Under the pieces are notes generated by a model. That model did not search any database, was not told the DNA's origin, and worked only from the letters and a program-made list of their open reading frames with translations. Below, one piece after another: positions 20,147 through 30,812 of a stretch of 64,000 nucleotides of DNA (its first letter is position 1; each line of letters opens with the position of its first letter). This DNA is from an uncultured Nitrospiraceae bacterium (GTDB lineage Bacteria > Nitrospirota > Thermodesulfovibrionia > Thermodesulfovibrionales > Dissulfurispiraceae), in contig CAVPIW010000014.1 of assembly GCA_963705105.1 (NCBI GenBank), positions 1 to 64,000 on the forward strand, read 5' to 3'. The translations under genes and the position numbers were made by a program.

Positions 20147-20251
20147 TGCGGCGAGATCTCAGCCGTCAAGGGCGCGAAAGAGGGCGAAGTTCCTATCATA
20201 ATCTCGAAGCCAAGCCGGGTTTCGAACTGAACGACAAAATCTTCGTCGCTT

Positions 20252-22555
20252 CTATTTTATGTGAAGATTTTCTACATACCCCTTTGCCCAATCGAGCAGC
20301 GGCTGGCCGTCGAGGGTGGCACCGGTGCGGACCAGTTCCGCGTCGAGCCAAGCCCTGCTCTTCTCGGCCAGGGCTTTCCATTCTTGCTCATCGTCAGCAT
20401 GTCTCATTGTCAGATACGTCATCACGACGGCCGTGCAGAGCAGGGTGTAACGGTCCGTCTTTGAGCGGGTGACGATCCTCCTTGCCGTTTGTTTCAGCTC
20501 CTTCACACTCACGCCGATGACGACCGCGCTCCACTCATCAAGATGGAAGCCTCCTTCCGGTCTCTGACATGAGAGCAGTCGGATCGCAGCAGTCATCAAG
20601 CTGGATGGTTCTTCAATCCTGTCCTGTTCCCGATCTTCCCGCATGCAGCAACTGACAGAAGACGATGCTTGTTGATAATCAGGAGGTTCCGACATCGAGC
20701 ACACGACTGTGCTTTCGGAAGCGATCAGAGACAACGATCCATGCCCATGCCACCCCTTGGTCAGCATGACAGGCACCTTCCTGAGGACCGCATTTTCCGT
20801 CGTCTTGTCTTTGTCCGAGCGGTATTCCACGGCGACGAAGCTCGTCAATCGGGACAAAATGCCGAATTCCTTCGACAGGGCGATAATGCGCTCATTAGTC
20901 TGCTGCTCCTTCCTTTCCTTTTGCCTTGAACCCCTGTTCATGAAGCCCGTTCCCTCCTCAAGGTCGCGGATCGTCTCCCGCGCCCAGAGGCGGGCAATGG
21001 GGCTCTCCACGTCGGTCACGTCGCAGACGCCTATCGTCCATTCTTTCTTCATTTTCCCCGACAGCGCCGATACGGTGATCTCCGGAGGGCATTTGACGCC
21101 ACCGTCAACCCGCGCAAAAACACTGATCGTCTCACCCTCGTAGGCGGCGGGGTCGGCCGGCGCCTGGCTGGATTTCAGTGCCCCGCCGAGAGCGATATTC
21201 GTTACACTGTACCCTGTAACCTTCCCGAACAATCTCAGCACCTTGGGCTCAATCCGCTCATTCGGTGCGATCATCTCGGCAGCGCCCCCGGACACCCTCG
21301 CCAGTTGCTTCATGAAGTACTCGTTGGGTCCATAGCCGATGCCGACGGGAAAGAACCTGATACCCTTTCCGTTATCGCGCACATGCGAGGCTACCTCATC
21401 TTCGTTGCCCACCTCGCCGTCGGTGACGAGGATGACGTCCCGACGGACATCGGCAGGTATCTCCTGTGCACAAATGTCCCTGATCGGCGACAGGACTTCC
21501 GTTCCGCCGAGGTCGGCGTCGATCTTTTCCACATAGGTGATAGCCTTCTTCGCTGAGCCGGTATCGTATGCCTTGCATAGCGGAAAGAGCTTCTCAAAGG
21601 TGCTGCCGAACCGGTAGATGTTGAACCGAACACCCACCGGCAGCGCTCTAACGAGCACCCCGATCGCCTTTTTCGCCTGTTCTATTGACGGACCCGACAT
21701 GGAGCCGGAGCAGTCGAGGACGAATATGACTTCCCGGATTTCCGCTTTAACGGCAACCCTTTCGTTGTCTGACGTTGAATCCGGGGCCACATCAATCTGC
21801 ACGAAACAGCCCTTTTCCCCGTTAAAGCAGTAAGCCCTGGTACCGAACCTCTTGCGGCGCCGGATGGACAGCACAAAATCCCTGTCCATTTCTTCGGTCT
21901 CGGCGGAGAGGGTGATATGTACAGCCGCATCGTCGAAGGTCGTCGTTACCGGGTGTGAGGGTGACTCGACGGCGGCAATACTGCCCGGGTCGTCAACGGT
22001 GACCCCGAGTTTCAAGCCGTAGGGTACATTTTCCGCAAACGGTGGATTGACCTTGTCGTCGACAGGGATGCCGTCATCATCGGATACATGATCAGGGATA
22101 TACCGGGGAGAGATCGTCGTGGGCAGGAAAAACCTGACCTCATCGCCGTGGGTTTCAAGGAGACAGACGTAGTGAAGCTCTATTTCAGCGGCGGTGCCCG
22201 GTTCGAGGTTGCCCACGGAAAGCGTGAAAATGTTCGGCCGTTCCTCGTCGAGGAGAAACCCTCCGTGACCTTCCTCCAGGGCCTTGTCATACATCTCGAA
22301 AGCCTTTTCCCGCTCCTCTACCTCGCTCAGGATGACCCTGCCGCCGACTTTGACCCTGAAACCGCACACGGCGCTGTTTTCGGGCAGCGGAAACTTGTAG
22401 ACGGCCTCGACCGGTTTGTTCTCCCTGTTTGCAAAGGTCTGGACGACTTTGACTCCACACCCCCTGCCGGCGATATGAGCGTCGACAGCGACACCGACCA
22501 GCGGCACTGTACCGCCGTCTACCAGGATCAGGCCAAAAGCTTCCCTATTCACCAT
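20252..22555 (-). CDS. VIT + vWA domain protein
   Basis: VEAVYKFPLP, NIFTLSVGNL, MIDAS motif DCSGSM, LGGTE, LVTDGEV. Confidence 0.93.
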   Translation of the reverse strand: MVNREAFGLILVDGGTVPLVGVAVDAHIAGRGCGVKVVQTFANRENKPVEAVYKFPLPENSAVCGFRVKVGGRVILSEVEEREKAFEMYDKALEEGHGGFLLDEERPNIFTLSVGNLEPGTAAEIELHYVCLLETHGDEVRFFLPTTISPRYIPDHVSDDDGIPVDDKVNPPFAENVPYGLKLGVTVDDPGSIAAVESPSHPVTTTFDDAAVHITLSAETEEMDRDFVLSIRRRKRFGTRAYCFNGEKGCFVQIDVAPDSTSDNERVAVKAEIREVIFVLDCSGSMSGPSIEQAKKAIGVLVRALPVGVRFNIYRFGSTFEKLFPLCKAYDTGSAKKAITYVEKIDADLGGTEVLSPIRDICAQEIPADVRRDVILVTDGEVGNEDEVASHVRDNGKGIRFFPVGIGYGPNEYFMKQLARVSGGAAEMIAPNERIEPKVLRLFGKVTGYSVTNIALGGALKSSQAPADPAAYEGETISVFARVDGGVKCPPEITVSALSGKMKKEWTIGVCDVTDVESPIARLWARETIRDLEEGTGFMNRGSRQKERKEQQTNERIIALSKEFGILSRLTSFVAVEYRSDKDKTTENAVLRKVPVMLTKGWHGHGSLSLIASESTVVCSMSEPPDYQQASSSVSCCMREDREQDRIEEPSSLMTAAIRLLSCQRPEGGFHLDEWSAVVIGVSVKELKQTARRIVTRSKTDRYTLLCTAVVMTYLTMRHADDEQEWKALAEKSRAWLDAELVRTGATLDGQPLLDWAKGYVENLHIK

Positions 22556-22934
22556 GAGCCTCCTCTTCTGTGATTGACCGGATGACCCGCATGAGTCGCA
22601 TCACCATTTTCCCCTGTTTCTCCTCTACATCCCGCCGCACGGAGAGTTCTATCCCCGGCGAGATGTCGTATCTGACCCAGACAGCCCGTGCCGTCTCTTG
22701 CCCGGCAGCAACACCCTTTCTCAGATACGAGATGATCGCCGAGAGATTCATCCCCTTTTCCTGAAGCGTCCTGACAGTGCGCAGTGCATCCATATGACTG
22801 TCATTATAAAAACCGCCCCTGCCTCTGCCGGCCGGAGGGTCGATAAGCCCGATCTGTATGTAATACCGGATTGTTCTCCTGCTGAAACCGGTCATCTCAG
22901 TGAGTTGTTCGATCGTATACAACGACTGCTCCAT
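22545..22934 (-). CDS. MerR-family HTH regulator
   Basis: YTIEQL...SRRTIRYYIQIGLIDPP; overlaps the VIT-vWA start. Confidence 0.9.
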   Translation of the reverse strand: MEQSLYTIEQLTEMTGFSRRTIRYYIQIGLIDPPAGRGRGGFYNDSHMDALRTVRTLQEKGMNLSAIISYLRKGVAAGQETARAVWVRYDISPGIELSVRRDVEEKQGKMVMRLMRVIRSITEEEAHGE

Positions 22935-22939
22935 GGATT

Positions 22940-22967
22940 TTATTATAACAGTTTAATGTCATAATAA
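22940..22967. promoter_or_regulatory. Probable MerR-type operator
   Basis: ttattataaca-gtttaa-tgtcataataa: 11-bp inverted repeat with one mismatch, immediately upstream of the merR-like start. Confidence 0.55.
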
Positions 22968-23164
22968 CAAGTTGTCCTGCTATTGCATGTTTGGATACTC
23001 GCCTCCGGTGTCTGCTGTCAACGTCGGATTTGCGGTATCAGGCCGAAAGAAATGGCATGACGCCTTGGGATTGCATTTCTTGGTACTGCATCGAGATGAG
23101 GCGGATACATCAAAAGGAAGAGAATCGTGGGTTGAGGGAGGTGCAGGAGCGGGACGGGGGTCTG

Positions 23165-23569
23165 CTATTTCTCGCTTACGTCATCGGCGGCGACGTGCTG
23201 TTTTTCCTTGTACCGAACATCCTTTAAACCTATAAAATCCGCATCCTGGGTCCAGATGACGGCCTTATGCATGTATGCAGTCGCCAGAATGATGCCGCCT
23301 GCAAGAGGAATATCATGCTTGTGTCCCAGCCTGGCGGCTTCCACTGCTATCGCACTGTCGAGCGCCGCAACCTTCCCCTGTTGCATGAGGGCCGCCGCAT
23401 GGAGTGCCGAGTCTTCTCCACGCTGCTGGAGCACCCGCTTGAACACTTCGGTGATGCAAATGGTGGGCACGAGAAGTTCATCCTGGTTTTCGAGAGGTCC
23501 TGCAAAGAAATCGGCATTGGGGCCGTCGGCAAGATATTCAAGCCAGCCGCAGGAGTCGACCAGGTTCAC
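23165..23569 (-). CDS. vapC: VapC/PIN toxin
   Basis: MNLVDSCGWLEY, ITEVFK, WTQDADF. Confidence 0.9.
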   Translation of the reverse strand: MNLVDSCGWLEYLADGPNADFFAGPLENQDELLVPTICITEVFKRVLQQRGEDSALHAAALMQQGKVAALDSAIAVEAARLGHKHDIPLAGGIILATAYMHKAVIWTQDADFIGLKDVRYKEKQHVAADDVSEK

Positions 23570-23769
23570 ACTCTGTCCTTGTCTTTCTCGATAGTCGTGT
23601 CGATCCCCTTCAGGAAACCCCGCATCTTCTTTATGTCCCTGACAGGTATCATCTCGATCCTGTTTTCGTACTGCAGGAACTCGACCTTTTCGCCCGGCTT
23701 GAGGTCCAGGGCTTCCCTGAGTTCACGGGGTATCACGACCTGGTATTTCGGCGAAATCGTTGCTTTCAT
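23566..23769 (-). CDS. AbrB/MazE-type antitoxin
   Basis: ATISPKYQVVIPRELRE; overlaps the vapC start. Confidence 0.9.
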   Translation of the reverse strand: MKATISPKYQVVIPRELREALDLKPGEKVEFLQYENRIEMIPVRDIKKMRGFLKGIDTTIEKDKDRV

Positions 23770-23875
23770 ACGGTGCCTCTATCGATATAAGTCTTGTAAT
23801 AGTATAGCATGAGTTCGTAATAGTACACATGATCGATAAGTCGTGTCCAAAATAGCTAACAGCGAGACCTTGAAA

Positions 23876-24058
23876 ACGAGGATAGGGTTTGGTTTCTGAA
23901 GCAAAATTCACGGGTAGCGTGAACGGCGGCGGGAGTCGAAGGCGCAAGCCGCAGCGGGAGCCGCACAGTGTACCAGAGCAGGCAAATGTTTTCATAACAA
24001 CGGCATACACATGAGAAGAGGGAGTTTATTTTGCGAAGAAATCATGCCCTATCCTCGT
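23876..24058. repeat. Family-2 MITE-like element (183 bp)
   Basis: Perfect 12-bp terminal inverted repeat acgaggataggg/ccctatcctcgt extending imperfectly to about 30 bp; second copy at 26254. Confidence 0.85.
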
Positions 24059-24450
24059 GTCAGATTATTTTGGACACCAGTGATGATCGATAGTAAAGGG
24101 GATGTGATAAGGTTGAAATCACCCCTTCCTGCGTGAAAATCCGCTGCCGGTGAGGGAATATTCGCAGCGCAGAGGCTCCGTGCATGCCTCCCGGCATTGC
24201 AATTGCCTTTATTATCAATGCGTTCTGGACAAGATTGTTCGGGCATCTTCCTTGCAAATCAAAAATGTAGAGACTTTTCAGTGCCATGCGTCTCGTGTCG
24301 TTTCGTTTTGAATCGTCCGGCAGGGTGGTCATGCCGCTGAGGATATAAAGGGACAGGGACCTCGTCCGAGCAAGAGCCCGTAGCCGTAAGAAACGACTTC
24401 GCTCACATGCGAGCGCATGGTAGAGGAAAACCGGTTTACCCTGCAGCAAT

Positions 24451-25254
24451 ATGGACACGTTCTTGTCCTCCTATGCATCACCGGCGCATCATGCCGTCAT
24501 GCCGGAGGTCCTTTCCCGGCTGTCCTGCAACAAGACCGATGTGCGTTATGCCGCCTTGGCCGGCCTGGACCTGCGGATCGCCCGCGATCTCCTCGACCTG
24601 GGCTGCGGGTATGGTTTCATGTCCGAAAAGGTCCTCGGTCGTGTTGCGCCCGATGCCCGCATTACCGGTGTCGACGCCTGTGAGACAAACAGGGTGGCCT
24701 TTCTCGGGACGGCGGAGAGATCGGGACACAGTGGCGATTTTTGGAGTCTCCGTCTGACTGAGGAACTGCCGTGGCCGGACGAGAGCTTCGACCTCATCAT
24801 CGCGTCATACTCCCTCTATTTCTTTCCTGAACTGATTCATGAGATAGCCCGGGTACTGCGGAAAGGCGGCCTTTTCCTCGGCGTTACCCACAGCGAGTCA
24901 TCAGCATCTTTCAGCACCCTGTATGAGGCGATTCGCTGGGACGAAAGCCGCTCGCAGGTCCTTGCCCTGGCCCGTAAGTTTTCGGCGGAAAACGGGATGT
25001 CCAAGCTTCAGGAGCATTTCAGGCTTGTCGAGGTGTTCCGGTACGACAACTGTCTTCATGTTGAGTCCGGACACCTGGCGGACCTGCTGCGTTACATCCG
25101 GTTCAAACTCCCGTTATTCCTCGGCGACGGCGGTCACCCCCGGGAAGTTCCCGCATCGTGGCAGGAGAATTTGGCGGAGCTGCTGAAACGAAGAAGGTCT
25201 TTCACGATGGACAAGACCGATGCCATCTTCAGGTGTCGCCTGCCGAGGGGCTGA
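24451..25254 (+). CDS. Class I SAM-dependent methyltransferase
   Basis: LLDLGCGYG, ESFDLII, IARVLRKGG. Confidence 0.88.
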   Translation: MDTFLSSYASPAHHAVMPEVLSRLSCNKTDVRYAALAGLDLRIARDLLDLGCGYGFMSEKVLGRVAPDARITGVDACETNRVAFLGTAERSGHSGDFWSLRLTEELPWPDESFDLIIASYSLYFFPELIHEIARVLRKGGLFLGVTHSESSASFSTLYEAIRWDESRSQVLALARKFSAENGMSKLQEHFRLVEVFRYDNCLHVESGHLADLLRYIRFKLPLFLGDGGHPREVPASWQENLAELLKRRRSFTMDKTDAIFRCRLPRG

Positions 25255-26236
25255 AAAAGTGATATTCTGTGGCCAGTGCGGAGGCAGCACCGACGTGCTC
25301 GATGTCGATGGACGGCTGCGCGATGTGTGCTCCGCATGCGGCGCGGTCTTATACCGCAACCCCCTTCCTGTGGCCGCCGCGGTTGTGCTGAACGACAAGC
25401 GCCAGGTGCTGCTTATCAGGCGCGGGAACGAGCCCCGTAAAGGCCTGTGGTGTCTCCCCATGGGCTTTGCCGAGCTGAATGAGACGATCATGCATGCGGC
25501 GCTGCGCGAGCTGGAGGAAGAGGCCGGGATCACAGGCCGTATTGTCCGGCTGCTGTCTGCCGACTCGACGAGGGTCCTGCCGTACGGCGACCTCCTCATC
25601 ATCACCTTTGAAATAGAAAAGACCGGGGGCAAGGAAGCGCCCGGAGACGATGCGGAGGACGTCGCCTATTTCGGCATCGATCACCTGCCCCGGCTTGCTT
25701 TTTCATCCAATCAGGGGGCCATTGACGCTTGCATGCAGGCGCACCGGGAGGAATGGGCCATAGAGGATTCTTTCAGATGCCTGAGCGAGAACACCTGCGA
25801 ATCGATGCTCTCCGATGCGCTCGTCCGGTTGATCAGCAAACAGGCGCATGAGATCGGGGAAAAGTGGATCGAAGACGTCATCTCTCATCCCACGACCCCG
25901 ACGTATGCGCTGGTGGACAGGAACGCTCTCCGTGAACTGGCCGTCGGCGCCCTGTCGCAGTTTTCGAGGTGGTTGGGAAACGAGGAAAACAGGGAAGTGG
26001 CCGGTTTTTATCGCAGCCTTGGGTCGGAGAGGCGCAGGATGGGTTTCGGGCTGAATGAGGTGATCAGCTCGCTGAGCCTGTTCCGCAAGCACATCAGCAC
26101 CTATGCCATGCAGCACGGGGTTTACAGAGGCGCCATGGATGCCTATAGCGCCCTCGAGCTGGTGCACAGGATCGTCCTGTTTTTCGACAGGGCGATCTAT
26201 CATACCGTACGCGGATTCCTCGACACCCGCCCCTGA
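25220..26236 (+). CDS. Zn-ribbon NUDIX hydrolase fused to an RsbRD-N (globin-like) domain; start uncertain
   Basis: CGQCG...CSACG, Nudix box GFAELNETIMHAALRELEEEAG, C-terminal LGSERRRMGFGLNEV...FFDRAIYH. Confidence 0.82.
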   Translation: MPSSGVACRGAEKVIFCGQCGGSTDVLDVDGRLRDVCSACGAVLYRNPLPVAAAVVLNDKRQVLLIRRGNEPRKGLWCLPMGFAELNETIMHAALRELEEEAGITGRIVRLLSADSTRVLPYGDLLIITFEIEKTGGKEAPGDDAEDVAYFGIDHLPRLAFSSNQGAIDACMQAHREEWAIEDSFRCLSENTCESMLSDALVRLISKQAHEIGEKWIEDVISHPTTPTYALVDRNALRELAVGALSQFSRWLGNEENREVAGFYRSLGSERRRMGFGLNEVISSLSLFRKHISTYAMQHGVYRGAMDAYSALELVHRIVLFFDRAIYHTVRGFLDTRP

Positions 26237-26253
26237 GCCGGACTTTCACAAAT

Positions 26254-26437
26254 GAGGATAGGGTTTGGTTTCTGAAGCAAAATTCACGGGTAACGTGAAC
26301 GGTGGCGGGAGTCGAAGGCGCAAGCCGCAGCGGGAGCCGCACAGTGTGCCTGTGAATGCATATATTTCATAACAAACGCATAGCCATAAGGAAAGACGGG
26401 GTGCATAGCGCCGAAAAGCCTATGCTGCGGCGACACC
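26254..26437. repeat. Family-2 left part fused to a family-1 arm
   Basis: About 95 bp nearly identical to 23878-23972, then gaaagacggggtgcatagcgccgaaaagcctatgctgcggcgacacc matching 52888-52931. Confidence 0.82.
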
Positions 26438-26495
26438 TTATGACAGAAGCGTCACAAAAGACAACGTTTCAAGCCAGATGGTACCTTTCCCCGGA

Positions 26496-27119
26496 TCACC
26501 CCACAAGGTGGTTGCGGATGGCGTAGAGCGTCAGTTCGGCGTTGTTCTTCATTTTCATCTTCGTGAGGATCCTCGCCCGGTAGGTGCTGACCGTCTGCAT
26601 GCTCAGAGACAGTTCAGCGGCGATGTCCTTGACCGTCTTTCCCGAGCCGATCATGGTCATGATCTGGAATTCGCGGTCCGAGAGAAGCTCATGGGGCGCC
26701 TTTTCAATATCGCCGCCGAAGGCAAAGGCGAGCTCCTCGGCGAGCTTCATGCTGATGTATCTCGAGCCCGCCGCGACCTTCCGCATCGCCGTAATGAGCT
26801 CCTCCGGCGCGCTTTCCTTCGTGAGATATCCCGACGCGCCCGCCTTGAGAGCGCGTATGGCGTATTCTTCTTCGGGGTGCATGGTGAGCACAAGAACGGA
26901 GAGTTTCGGCCTCAGCGCTTTGAGCTCCTTTATGGTTTCTATGCCTCCCCGGCCCGGCATGGAGAGATCGAGAAGCACCATGTCGTAATCTCTCTCCATG
27001 ACTTCGGAGAGCACCTCGGGGCCGTTTCGCGCCTCGCCGGTCACTTCCATGTCGGGGTGCTCCGCGATCAACTGTTTGAGCCCCTTTCGAAAAATCGTGT
27101 GCTTATTAACGACACTCAC
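26496..27119 (-). CDS. NarL/LuxR-family response regulator with damaged N-terminus
   Basis: LLDLSMPG, GASGYLTK, LSDREFQI, TVSTYRARILTK; the usual DDH pocket reads NKH. Confidence 0.85.
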   Translation of the reverse strand: MSVVNKHTIFRKGLKQLIAEHPDMEVTGEARNGPEVLSEVMERDYDMVLLDLSMPGRGGIETIKELKALRPKLSVLVLTMHPEEEYAIRALKAGASGYLTKESAPEELITAMRKVAAGSRYISMKLAEELAFAFGGDIEKAPHELLSDREFQIMTMIGSGKTVKDIAAELSLSMQTVSTYRARILTKMKMKNNAELTLYAIRNHLVG

Positions 27120-27143
27120 ACTGACATGGACACTGTCTCCTTT

Positions 27144-29178
27144 TCAAGGCAGCGCTATCGCCAGCGTCGTTCCTTTGCCCGGGTCCCCGCAGACCGAGAA
27201 CACGCCGCCCAGCAGGTGCGCTCGCTCCCTCATCCCCATGAGCCCGAACGAGTCAGACGCCGATATTTCCTCAGGGCGGATACCGCGGCCGTTGTCGATG
27301 ACGGCGAGGACGAGCATCTTATTGTCGAAAGCGAGGATCACCTCCACCGACGATAGCACCGGAATAACGGCGCGACGTTAATTAGGGCTTTGAGTGTGCT
27401 GAAGGAAGGCTGTCGAGACGTTGCGGTTCGCTGACGGCGCTCCCGGATGCAAGGATACCTTCGCCTCGATGCCGGTCCTCTTCTGGAACTGCCTCACCTG
27501 CCATTCGATCGCTGCCGCCAGGCCGAGATCGTTGAGGATGCCCGGTCTCAACTCGGCGGAGATCCTTTTTACCGTCTGGATGATCGAGTCTGTCAGCCCG
27601 ATGATCTCGTTTTTTTTGTCGATCAGGCCCTCTTCCCCCGGCGGCAGCTTCGTTCCCAGCCAGGACAGATCGAGCTTCAGGGCCGTGAGCGACTGGCCGA
27701 GCTCGTCGTGGATCTCCCGGGCGATGACCGTCCTCTCCTGCTCTCTCACCGTCTGCAGGTGTGCGTAGAGGCTGCGGTACTGTTCCTCCCTCTCCCGGAG
27801 GGCGTCCTCGGCCTCTTTGCGCTTGGTGATATCCTGGTTGACGGCGACGACACTGACGATCTCCTGCCTGTCGTTTCTGATGGGCACTGCGGAATTCAGG
27901 ATGATCTTGCGTGTTCCGTCGAAGCACTCGATCTCGACCTCTTCGTTGATCGATGATTCCCCTTTCCGTACAGCCCGTGCGGCGGCCCACTCATGGGCCT
28001 CAATCTTCTTTCCCGTCGCCGGCCACCAGCCCTTGTACTCGCCGTAATCTTCCATCCCCACGTAGCGTGCGCCTCCCCATATCTCCTGCGATGCGCGATT
28101 CCCCATGATTATTCTTCCCGTCTTATCGATGATCCAGACACCCACCGGGAGGGTCTCGAGCACGGTCCTCAGGAGAAGGATGTTTTGACGGGTAGTTTCC
28201 TCCGACTTCTTGCGATCGGTAATGTCATGGAAAAACTCGAGCTTCGAGATGCTCCCGTCATCGTTTCTGATCGGCGTGTCGAAGAGATCGTAGGTCTTGC
28301 CGTTTTGGCGGAAGTCCACTCCCAGCGTACGGTATTCCCCGCAAAGACCTGCTCATTCTTGCACCAGGGACAGACTTCAGTTCTGTCATGGAAATAGTGG
28401 TGGCACTTCCGCCCGTCCACGGGGCCGAATTCCCTCTCGAGTGCAGGACTGAGATATTGGATGTCGAAGTCCTGATTGACGATGTATGCGCCGTCAGGCA
28501 TGACATCGAGGATCCCTTTCAGCTTGTTCCTCTCCTGTTGGAGGGCCTCTTCGGTGAGCTTGCGAACGGTGACAGGGTAGACAGTTCGAGCACTTCCGTA
28601 ACATGCCGTCTCTGTCCTTCAGCGGCGTGGCAACAATTTCCGACCATACGTCCTGCGTCGGTCGCCTTTCCCATCTGCTCATGGACGACTTGCTCGGCGC
28701 TCGTCTCGAAGATCTTTTTGACGCCGCAGTACGGACAGATTCCTGATCTCTTGTTGAAGGTCCGGTAGCAGGTGTCGCTCAGAACGTCGCTGAATGTCTT
28801 CTTGATTACGTCGTTCGCTCAGATCGTCCTGTAGTCCTGGGAGATGATCGCGATGCCTGCCCCGAGACTCTGGGCGACAGCCTCGAGCTTATAGCGCTCT
28901 GCCTCGAGCGCCTCCTCGCTCCTCCTGCGCTCCCGGATCTGGAGGATGAAAGATCGGAAAAAGAGAGAATAGAGCAGCGGCAAGAGCAGGATGACTAACA
29001 AAGCGGCATACAGCAGCCCCTCGGCAAAGCCTTCCGGCTCGACAGGCAGGAGATGTATGACAGACATCACGACGACTTCGACGATGAATATGGAAACGGC
29101 AATGACTATCAAAAGCCTTGCCGGCGACACGTAGTGAATCAAACGGTTCAACAGATGCTTGCGCGAGTCTCGTATCAC
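27144..29178 (-). pseudogene. Multi-PAS HisKA_3 sensor kinase pseudogene
   Basis: IAREIHDELGQ, DNGRG, FGLMGMRERA; broken by in-frame TGA at 28819 and frameshifts near 28660-28560, 28310 and 27400. Confidence 0.88.
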
Positions 29179-29304
29179 GACAGCTCTCTCCTTGTCAGCA
29201 CCCTGAGTGGATTCCCTATATTAATCTTCCGGTTGCTTTTGCACCGTTAAGGGTTTGGATATCAATGATATTACAAAAGATGTCATACGTATGACCACAC
29301 AGGT

Positions 29305-29386
29305 TGTCATTCCTGAAACCCCGCACTTGATGCGGGGGCGTGGGGAATCCTTCTGAAAGAAAAGAACGTTTCAAGCCGGAATGACA
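29305..29386. repeat. REP-like gtcattcc...ggaatgac palindromic element; relatives at 46151-46209 and 55840-55888
   Basis: tgtcattcc...ggaatgaca termini enclosing an internal hairpin. Confidence 0.65.
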
Positions 29387-29430
29387 GATCGAAAAAGTGA
29401 CGTGGCTTTCCTTAATGGCTGCACCAGTAA

Positions 29431-29644
29431 ACCTTTCTGTTGCATGAAAAGGCGGGTCGAAACGCCTCAAAGCCTTGCTGAAGGCGACGATACGCCTCGT
29501 CAGCTTCGTGTTTCAGGATTCCACTCTTTGTGTCATCGACCATTGGCGTATAGTTCATCTTTCGTTTTGATACAGGTGTCGCCGCAGCAAGGTTTTCGGC
29601 GCATACACCCCGCCTTTCCCGGAAGTGTATTGCAACGATAAGGT
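29431..29644. repeat. Family-1 palindromic element (about 214 bp), complete copy
   Basis: Nested arm pairing acctt/aaggt, gttgca/tgcaac, aaaggcggg/cccgccttt, ttgctg/cagcaa, ggcgac/gtcgcc; highly similar to 45933-46145 and inverted 52863-53076. Confidence 0.92.
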
Positions 29645-29690
29645 AAATATACAAATGAGCATTCTTTCTGTCGCCGCTCCTCCGGCAGCA

Positions 29691-30773
29691 TCAGCGGTTC
29701 TCGAAGGACGTAGTCCACAAGTAATAGGCGCCTATGTCCCCCGTAAGGGTGACGGCAACATGGAAATTATATATCCCCTTCGGCAAAACGTTCTTCGGTA
29801 TGCTCCCGAACAACGTCTCATAGACAGGCCCGGTCACGTTTTCCTTCCACTTTGCAGGGCTCGATGACAGCGGCTGGATCGTGTTGTCGGACCGGAGGAA
29901 CTATATCTCGGGGCTCACCGCCGGTGCATGGATCGCCACGTATACATCCACCGGCGCTGTGAACCGCAGGAGGCCTGTCTGAAGGGTTAGGGCTGCTGGG
30001 TCTGTCTCGATCGAGAAAGGCATAGCGCGGCCGGGATAGGGATCGAGGATGGGTCGTCCCACGGCAGGGAAAACATAGGCACTGCCCGCCGCCGGCGCCG
30101 GCATAACGCGGTCATCCGTTTCGACGACAAAGCGTGTGCCCGGCGCTCTGTACCCCTCATACCAGGCGTCCGGCAGCGGATACCCCGGTGACAGCTCCGA
30201 CGAGGCGATCCAGGCAAACCCCGAGACGGCACCAATGTCCGATCCGCCGGTGACCATGCCGACCCGAGAGCTGGAGGCCGCTGTGCCGAATACGAGGCCG
30301 TAGCTGCCGGGAGCGAGGACAAGGACGCCACAGGGGAATTTCGCTCGGATATCGGCGCTGACTCTCGGAGCGGTCAGGCTGACTTTCGCCAGGATGTCGG
30401 GACCGTCCCATGAGTAACCCTTGACCTGGTCTCGCTCAAAGGCGACAACAGGCTCCGTGTCGGGAAAGTCGCTCATGTCGGAAAGCCGCACCAGTGCGCC
30501 GAAAAAGGGGCCCGTCAATCCGGGTATGCCGGTGACGAAGTGGCCGCCGATGCTCGTGGCGAGCGCTGCCTGCGTGACCTGGAAGCGCACGCCAAACCAC
30601 TGGTCGTATGAAACCCCGGCAGAGGGGCCCGTCACCCCTGTCTCACCCAGGGTGGCCGACTCGTACAGGACTGCGGCATGCGCCGGAGGACAGAGCGCGA
30701 TCGCCAGGACAAGCGCCAGCAGGACCAGGCCCATCCTCAGGCGAAAGTCATAAAAAAGAAATATTCCCTTCAC
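29691..30773 (-). pseudogene. Secreted hypothetical protein interrupted by a single in-frame TAG at 29901-29903
   Basis: Signal peptide (PAHA); the frame continues EI*FLRSDNTIQPL...GIYNFHVAVT...YYLWTTSFENR to a TGA at 29691. Confidence 0.7.
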
Positions 30774-30812
30774 TCACGCTCGCACCAGTCACTTACACCG
30801 CCCTTTTCCAAC

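Noticed and set aside
24192..24207. Sigma54 promoter (cggcattgcaattgc) upstream of the methyltransferase
   Set aside because: GG-N10-GC spacing fits but the first base deviates and no activator site is evident; too weak to call
28819..28821. In-frame TGA as selenocysteine
   Set aside because: Context RTI*AN fits a PAS-domain Trp codon mutated to TGA, and the gene has several other lesions
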